A stretch of 32,431 nt of DNA from an uncultured Bacilli bacterium (GTDB lineage: Bacteria; Bacillota_I; Bacilli_A; RF39; UBA660): assembly GCA_947626015.1 (NCBI GenBank), contig CANQQK010000003.1:1-32431 (forward strand), read 5' to 3'. Shown here one piece after another: positions 25,288 to 32,431 of this stretch (the first letter of the stretch is position 1; each line of letters starts with the position of its first letter). The notes under the pieces are model-generated. The model searched no databases. It worked only from the letters and a program-made list of their open reading frames with translations, and was not told the DNA's origin. Position numbers and translations under genes: made by a program.

Positions 25288-27653
25288 TGATAAGTTTAAA
25301 TTGGGTTAAAGATTATGTCGATCTTGAAGGTGAAGATTTAAAAGAACTTGCGGTTAAAGTAACCAAGGGTGGTTTAAATGTTGAAGGCGTTATTACGAAC
25401 CATATCGATAATTTGGTCATTGGTAAGATCGTAGAATGTTATCCACATCCGGATAGTGATCACTTAAATATCTGTAAGGTTGATGATGGTAAAGGTATTC
25501 GTCAAATCGTTTGTGGTGCAAGCAATGTTCGTGAAGGTTTAAAGGTTATTGTTGCTTTGCCAGGAGCTATTTTACCAGGCAATGTTGAGATTAAGGCCGG
25601 TAAGATTCGTAATCAAGAATCTAATGGTATGATCTGTGCAATGTTTGAATTAGGTTTGGAAGAGAAGACTGAAGAAACCTATGCTAAAGGTATTACGGAA
25701 CTTGATGATGATGCTCCAATTGGTCAAGACCCACTTGCATATTTAGGTCTTGATGATACGATCTATGATTTAGATAATCATAAACGTCGTAATAATGATG
25801 TTTATTATCATATTGGTTTTGCTTATGAAGTTGCAACGGTTTTAAATAAAAAGGTTAAATTACCAGAAGCTAACTATAAGGAGATTAAAGATAATATTAA
25901 AGATCATTTTAAATTAGATGTTAAAACTCCTAAATGTCCATTCTATATGGCGAAGATGGTTAAAAATGTTAAGGTTGGACCATCTCCAGAATTCATGCAA
26001 AAACGTCTTAAGAGTGCCGGCATGCGTTCAATTAATAATGTTGTTGATATCTCTAACTATGTAATGTTGGAATATGGTCAACCAATGCATTTCTTCGATT
26101 ATGATTCCCTAGGTGGACATGTCTTAGTAAGGGATGCTTTAGAAAATGAAGAGATTATCACTCTTGATGGTAAGACACGTACTTTAACAAGCAATGATAT
26201 CGTTATTACTGATGGTAAGAAACCAGTATGTATCGCTGGGGTTATGGGTGGTGAAAATACCGAAGTAGAAGATACTACAACAACCATCCTTATCGAATCC
26301 GCTATCTTTGATTCTGTATCGATTCGTAATACCGCTAATCGCTTAGATCTAAAGAGTGAAGCATCTATTCGTTATGGTAAAGGTTTAAACTATGAATATA
26401 CGATTGCGGCTATGAATCGTGCTTGCTATCTTCTTGAAAAATATGCTGGTGGTGAAGTATTATCAGGAGAAGTCTTACATGATAAGGTTGATAAGACCTC
26501 TAAGGAACTTGACTTTGTTGGTGATGAAATCAATAAGTTACTAGGAATCAAGATCAGTGATGATGATATTAAAGTAGAACTTGAAAGATTAGATTTCCCT
26601 TATACATATAATAAGGGAACTTTCCATGTTATAATTCCTAATCGTCGTTTAGATGTCGAACCTAATATCAATGATATTGCGGAAGAGATTGGACGTTTCT
26701 ATGGTTATGAGAATTTGGTTTCAACCATTCCTCGTGTACCAATTAGAAGAGGTGAGTATGCACCTGATGTTAAGATTAGAAAAGAGATTTCTAAAAGACT
26801 TCGTACTTTAGGTTTAAATGAAGTTAAAACCTATACTTTAACTAGTCCAGAGATGGCATCAACATTCAAATATGATAATATGGAAAGTATCGTTTTACCA
26901 AAACCAATGAGTGTTGATAAATCCGTTATTAGAACATCAATCTTACCTTCACTACTTAATACATATAACTATAATAAAGCACGTAAGGTTAATGATGTAA
27001 TGATCTACGAGATTGCTAAAACCTATGATAAGGATTATAGTGAAACGATGAAATGTGCTATCTTGATGAAAGGTAATTATATAACGACTAGTTGGTCAAA
27101 TAATACACTTAAATGTGATTTCTATTTGATTAAAGGAATCATTGAAAATGTCTTTGATTTCTTAGGATTTAAAAATCGTTATGAATTCGTTGTTGAAAAA
27201 GATGTTAAGGAATTACATCCAGGTATTGCTGCACGTATCTTATTGGATCGTGAACCAATTGGTATTATTGGTCATCTTCATCCATCCCTATTAAAGGATG
27301 ATATCTATGTTGCTGAATTTGCTATCAATCCATTGATGGCTAAGGTTAAACCAATTAAGTTTAAAGATGCTAATAAATATCCAGAGATGGAAAAAGATGT
27401 TGCTTTCATCGTTGATAATGAAGTAACGAATAAAGAATTAGAAGCTGCTATTAAGAAGAGTGGTGGAAGATTACTTGCTAATATTGAAATCTTTGATATC
27501 TATCGTGATATCGAAGAAGGTAAGAAATCAATGGCTTATAAATTAACATTTAAAGATGATTCTAGAACCCTTTCTGATGAAGAGGTTATGAATGTCTTCA
27601 ATAAGATTATCGATGAAGTATGTCAAAAGATGAATGCTAAGTTAAGAGGATAA
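25287..27653 (+). CDS. pheT: Phenylalanine--tRNA ligase beta subunit
   Basis: HPDSD.L, QIVCGA.N, INNVVDISNYVMLEYGQPMH, R.D......D..EE and C-terminal anticodon-binding domain. Confidence 0.97.
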   Translation: MISLNWVKDYVDLEGEDLKELAVKVTKGGLNVEGVITNHIDNLVIGKIVECYPHPDSDHLNICKVDDGKGIRQIVCGASNVREGLKVIVALPGAILPGNVEIKAGKIRNQESNGMICAMFELGLEEKTEETYAKGITELDDDAPIGQDPLAYLGLDDTIYDLDNHKRRNNDVYYHIGFAYEVATVLNKKVKLPEANYKEIKDNIKDHFKLDVKTPKCPFYMAKMVKNVKVGPSPEFMQKRLKSAGMRSINNVVDISNYVMLEYGQPMHFFDYDSLGGHVLVRDALENEEIITLDGKTRTLTSNDIVITDGKKPVCIAGVMGGENTEVEDTTTTILIESAIFDSVSIRNTANRLDLKSEASIRYGKGLNYEYTIAAMNRACYLLEKYAGGEVLSGEVLHDKVDKTSKELDFVGDEINKLLGIKISDDDIKVELERLDFPYTYNKGTFHVIIPNRRLDVEPNINDIAEEIGRFYGYENLVSTIPRVPIRRGEYAPDVKIRKEISKRLRTLGLNEVKTYTLTSPEMASTFKYDNMESIVLPKPMSVDKSVIRTSILPSLLNTYNYNKARKVNDVMIYEIAKTYDKDYSETMKCAILMKGNYITTSWSNNTLKCDFYLIKGIIENVFDFLGFKNRYEFVVEKDVKELHPGIAARILLDREPIGIIGHLHPSLLKDDIYVAEFAINPLMAKVKPIKFKDANKYPEMEKDVAFIVDNEVTNKELEAAIKKSGGRLLANIEIFDIYRDIEEGKKSMAYKLTFKDDSRTLSDEEVMNVFNKIIDEVCQKMNAKLRG

Positions 27654-27670
27654 ATACATATCCTCTTTTT
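27644..27670 (+). terminator. Intrinsic terminator after pheT
   Basis: AAGAGGATA-AATACA-TATCCTCTT followed by Ts. Confidence 0.8.
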
Positions 27671-27715
27671 CTTTATTGTGTTATAATTGAATTAATCGAC
27701 AGAAGGGATTTTTTT

Positions 27716-29266
27716 ATGGCAAGTATAGATAGACAATTAGTTGATGTAGCAATCGAAGAAATCCAAAGGGTATACGATTTACCTCAAGGTCTTTGTGATG
27801 CCTTAAAGAAAAATATTTTAAAGAGAGTTTTATTATATGAAGGTGTTGATTTACCTGATACTAAAGAGACCAAAGTCATAAAAAATATTGATTCCCTAGT
27901 TTTATTTTTTTTGAATCGTTTATTAAATAATATTCGTGATTATGATATTGAAAAAGATGTTAATGTTAGAGGTAATAAAGGAAGCTATACGAGTTTTTAT
28001 CAACGTTTAGATTTAAAGAGTAAGGAATCCATTGCTAGAATGGTCACTTCAAAGTTACGTGAGAAGGTCGGAACAGTTGATAAATCTTTAGTATTGAATG
28101 CTACTGATAAGGTCTTTGATCATGAAGTAGGTCATGCCTTACAAACCTATTTTACAGGTGCCGTTGGGACCAATGATTTAAAGTTTAAAACTCTTTTAGA
28201 TAATCTTAATCATGAATACCCAAGATATTTTTATAATTATAATGAATTGGGTATGGATTCTCTAACTAAATATCATACGGGATTAAAGGTTATGCGTCGT
28301 AATGATGAAGAATATCAAGCGCGTTCTTTTTATGCTCCAAGTGCTTATACAACCCATTTAGATGAGATCTTCAATGAAGATGAAGCTTTAGAAGTAACAG
28401 GTATTAATACACCCCAATTAAATTATAAATTTGGCCATGTCTTTGATAAAAAGATCTATAACTATGATTCTAGTAATTATCGTATTACTTCTTATGCTAG
28501 AATGATGAAGTTAATCATCGGTAAGGATCAAACCTTTGAAGTTATGTACGTTGATCCGATATCTTTGTATATCACATTTGATAATTTTGAAGAGGAAGCT
28601 CATGATGTTTTTGATATCAATGAAACGAGCAATTTAACCCCAATGATGCGTGTCTTATTAAGACTTGATACAGTAAGAAATAGTAAGATTGATTCTAATG
28701 TTATACCCCAAGCTTATGAATTAGATCTTTTCTTTACTAAATGTTTTAGTCGTACCATTAAAGATCGTCTTAATAATGTTTCATCGATCGATGAATTAGA
28801 TCAATTAGAGGGTGGCGTTAAAGAGTTTAAGGGATGTCTTATGACGTCAGACCATCAAAATCTTTTAACGCATCGTCTATGTGAAAATATGTTAAATGCC
28901 ATTGCTATTCGCAAGAATGCTTTTGTTAATCCGGAATACAAAAGTGATAATGGTGAAGCATATCAAGAATTCGTGCAAATTGGTGATGATATCTGTATGG
29001 CACTCGAAGAAGAGGATGAAGAACGTTATAAAGAATTATGGGAAAAACTTGATACTTGTGAACAACAAATCAGTAAAGTACCAATCAGTGCTTTTAAGAA
29101 ATCTCAAACGGATATGAGTTATGATGAAAAGGTCCAATTTATTCTTGCCAATATGAAGAAAGCTTTAAATAATCGTCGTGGTGATGCTTATCATTATTAT
29201 CGTAGTAATCTAATGCAAATCATGAGTGGTAAAATAATTGACGTTACAACAACACCAAAGTTTTAA
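27716..29266 (+). CDS. Orphan protein with HEXXH zincin-like motif
   Basis: FDHEVGHALQ (28121-28135 = HEVGH) and downstream LDEIFNEDEA (E..NE, possible third ligand). No signal peptide seen. Confidence 0.7.
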   Translation: MASIDRQLVDVAIEEIQRVYDLPQGLCDALKKNILKRVLLYEGVDLPDTKETKVIKNIDSLVLFFLNRLLNNIRDYDIEKDVNVRGNKGSYTSFYQRLDLKSKESIARMVTSKLREKVGTVDKSLVLNATDKVFDHEVGHALQTYFTGAVGTNDLKFKTLLDNLNHEYPRYFYNYNELGMDSLTKYHTGLKVMRRNDEEYQARSFYAPSAYTTHLDEIFNEDEALEVTGINTPQLNYKFGHVFDKKIYNYDSSNYRITSYARMMKLIIGKDQTFEVMYVDPISLYITFDNFEEEAHDVFDINETSNLTPMMRVLLRLDTVRNSKIDSNVIPQAYELDLFFTKCFSRTIKDRLNNVSSIDELDQLEGGVKEFKGCLMTSDHQNLLTHRLCENMLNAIAIRKNAFVNPEYKSDNGEAYQEFVQIGDDICMALEEEDEERYKELWEKLDTCEQQISKVPISAFKKSQTDMSYDEKVQFILANMKKALNNRRGDAYHYYRSNLMQIMSGKIIDVTTTPKF

Positions 29267-29271
29267 AAAGA

Positions 29272-29299
29272 TATAACACATACAATTGTATGTGTTATA
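29272..29299. repeat. Perfect 28-bp palindrome overlapping the pcrA extended -10
   Basis: TATAACACATACAA|TTGTATGTGTTATA. TGtTATAAT at 29293-29301. Confidence 0.9.
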
Positions 29300-29322
29300 A
29301 TTAGGTAGTAAGGATTGATAAT

Positions 29323-31401
29323 ATGAATTATAAAAATGAATTAAATGAACAACAATTGCAAGCCGTAAATCATATCGATGGTCCTTGTTTAGTAATGGCC
29401 GGAGCTGGTAGTGGTAAGACCAAAGTCTTGACCAATCGCATTTGCCACTTGATCGAAAATGGGGTTAGTGATTACCATATCTTAGCTATAACATTTACGA
29501 ATAAAGCTGCTAATGAGATGAAGGAACGTGTTAATAAGATCGTTGATGGTGTAGCATCCTTCATTGGGACCTTCCATTCTTTTGGTTTAAAAATCATTCG
29601 TGAAAATTATCGTGAATGTGGTATGGAAAGAAACTTCACTATTATCGATGGTGAAGATTCCCTAGCTATCATTAAAAAAATTTTAAAAAATAATAATATC
29701 GATCCCAAAAAATTCAGTCCCTATGCTATTCGTAATAAGATATCTTTTATAAAAAATGAGATGTTAAGTGATGCCGAAATGGATCGAGTATTCAATACGG
29801 AATTTGATCGTATGTGTGTTGATATCTATCATAAATATCAAAATATTTTAAAGGATTCTAATGTCTTAGATTTTGATGATTTACTTTGTAAACCAGTTAA
29901 TCTTTTTAGAGAAAGAGAAGATATCTTAGAAAAGTATCAAGAACATTATCAATATATTTTAATCGATGAATATCAAGATACTAACCCCGTACAATATAAG
30001 TTATCTAAATTATTAGCTTCAAAATATCGTAATATCTTTGTCGTTGGTGATATGAATCAAAGTATCTATGCTTTTAGACAAGCTGATTATAAAAATATTA
30101 TTAATTTTGAAAATGATTATCCCGAATGTGAAGTCATTAAATTAGAGGAAAACTATCGTAGTACCAATAATATTTTAAATGCTGCTAATTGTGTTATTAA
30201 AAATAATAAACAAAGAAAAGATTTGCGCCTTTGGAGTCAAAAGGGTGATGGATCGAAGATTAAATACATGCGTAGTTATGATGAAAAGCATGAGGTATCT
30301 TTGGTCTTAAGTGAGATCGATAAACTCTTAGATATGGGATATCAAAGAAAAGATATTGCCATTCTTTATCGAACCAATGGCCAAAGTCGTGTCTTTGAAG
30401 AAGGACTTTTAAATAAAGGTATTCCTTGTAAGGTTGTTGGTGGTTATTACTTCTATAATCGTAAAGAGATTAAGGATTTAATTGCTTATTTAAGACTTAT
30501 CTATAATCCTGATGATGTCCTTAGTTTAACAAGAATTATCAATGTTCCTAAAAGAGGTATTGGGGAAAGTGCTATTAGAAATTTAGAGAGCTTAGTAAAC
30601 ATCAATGGTGGAAGTATGTTTGCTAATTTAAGTACGAAAAAGGAATTAGAATTTAAACATTTAATCGAAGAACTTCGAAGTGATGCCGATAGCATGAGTT
30701 TAACAGAATTAATCGATGCCATCTTGGATAAGAGTGGTATGCGTCAAGAGTTAGAGGGCATGCCATCTTTGGAGAATGAACTACGTTTAGATAACCTTGA
30801 AGAATTTAAATCTATTACGAGTAATTTCGAAGAAAGAGAAGGTAGTGTTGATCTAGGTGACTTCCTAGAGGAGATTAGTTTGATAAGTGATATTGCTATG
30901 CATCATGAGGATGGTAATGAGATTACTTTGATGACCATTCACTCAGCTAAGGGTTTGGAATTTACGGTTGTGTTCCTAGTTGGTATGGAAGAAGGCATCT
31001 TCCCTCATGTTAATTCTATGATGGAAACTGATGGTTTGGAAGAGGAAAGACGTCTATGCTATGTTGGTATTACTAGAGCTAAAGAGATTCTTTATCTTAC
31101 CAATGCTAAAAGAAGAATGCTTTATGGTAAAGATACCATGAATCCACCATCACGTTTTATCGAAGAGATCGATAAGACTTTGATCGAAAGAATCGATACC
31201 ATGAATGATGATAATGTTATCGTTAAAGAAAATATGTATGTTGAAGGTGCTAATGAAGATATCAATAAAGGTGATACTATTCAACATGAAACATATGGTA
31301 TCGGTATTGTTATTCGTTTAGATGGTAATTTTATCGATGTGGCTTTCAAGAGTGGAGTTAAGAAATTGATGAAAAATCATAAGGCAATTAAAAAGCTTTA
31401 A
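29323..31401 (+). CDS. pcrA: ATP-dependent DNA helicase PcrA/UvrD
   Basis: AGAGSGKT, TFTNKAA, DEYQD, VGD..QSIY.FR, NYRS, MTIHSAKGLEF and EEERRLCYVGITRA. Confidence 0.96.
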   Translation: MNYKNELNEQQLQAVNHIDGPCLVMAGAGSGKTKVLTNRICHLIENGVSDYHILAITFTNKAANEMKERVNKIVDGVASFIGTFHSFGLKIIRENYRECGMERNFTIIDGEDSLAIIKKILKNNNIDPKKFSPYAIRNKISFIKNEMLSDAEMDRVFNTEFDRMCVDIYHKYQNILKDSNVLDFDDLLCKPVNLFREREDILEKYQEHYQYILIDEYQDTNPVQYKLSKLLASKYRNIFVVGDMNQSIYAFRQADYKNIINFENDYPECEVIKLEENYRSTNNILNAANCVIKNNKQRKDLRLWSQKGDGSKIKYMRSYDEKHEVSLVLSEIDKLLDMGYQRKDIAILYRTNGQSRVFEEGLLNKGIPCKVVGGYYFYNRKEIKDLIAYLRLIYNPDDVLSLTRIINVPKRGIGESAIRNLESLVNINGGSMFANLSTKKELEFKHLIEELRSDADSMSLTELIDAILDKSGMRQELEGMPSLENELRLDNLEEFKSITSNFEEREGSVDLGDFLEEISLISDIAMHHEDGNEITLMTIHSAKGLEFTVVFLVGMEEGIFPHVNSMMETDGLEEERRLCYVGITRAKEILYLTNAKRRMLYGKDTMNPPSRFIEEIDKTLIERIDTMNDDNVIVKENMYVEGANEDINKGDTIQHETYGIGIVIRLDGNFIDVAFKSGVKKLMKNHKAIKKL

Positions 31402-31425
31402 GAGATAAGAAATTATCTCTTTTTT
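31400..31425 (+). terminator. Intrinsic terminator after pcrA
   Basis: AAGAGATAA-GAAA-TTATCTCTT followed by Ts. Confidence 0.8.
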
Positions 31426-31463
31426 GATGAGTTAAGATGGCTTTTTTGGTATAATAAATATAG

Positions 31464-32431
<968 letters not shown>

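Noticed and set aside
25439-25447. Perfect DnaA box TTATCCACA
   Set aside because: Single copy inside pheT coding sequence (C-Y-P-H). No cluster or intergenic origin-like region was seen.

Overview
Low-GC Bacillota (Bacilli-like; the compact gene set plus gerQ suggests a genome-reduced spore former such as the uncultured RF39 group, which is inference) chromosomal window. It is almost entirely housekeeping genes on the + strand: ileS (type 2), folD, prfB (programmed +1 frameshift), htrA, ychF, rpsF-ssb-rpsR, rplI, dnaB, M23 peptidase, walJ, rlmH, ung, pheST, pcrA and partial ligA. Accessory genes include two lipoproteins, an Abi-like HEPN protein, gerQ and several orphans. No tRNA, rRNA, CRISPR array or transposase was seen. 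The strongest candidate novelty is the pair of T-box riboswitches (ileS, pheS). Both lack the canonical terminator that competes with the antiterminator. Instead, the sequence just 3' of the antiterminator pairs back onto the linker and the 3' strand of Stem III, forming one long helix that encloses the intact antiterminator and ends in a U-tract. The two leaders show compensatory base changes in this helix, suggesting a different switching mechanism. Also notable: IleRS2 with a GIHH instead of HIGH motif (mupirocin hyper-resistance type), an orphan ending in an ssrA-tag-like C-terminus next to an Abi HEPN gene with no room for an antitoxin RNA, promoter-containing direct repeats flanking accessory genes, and a wal/rlmH locus lacking walRKHI.
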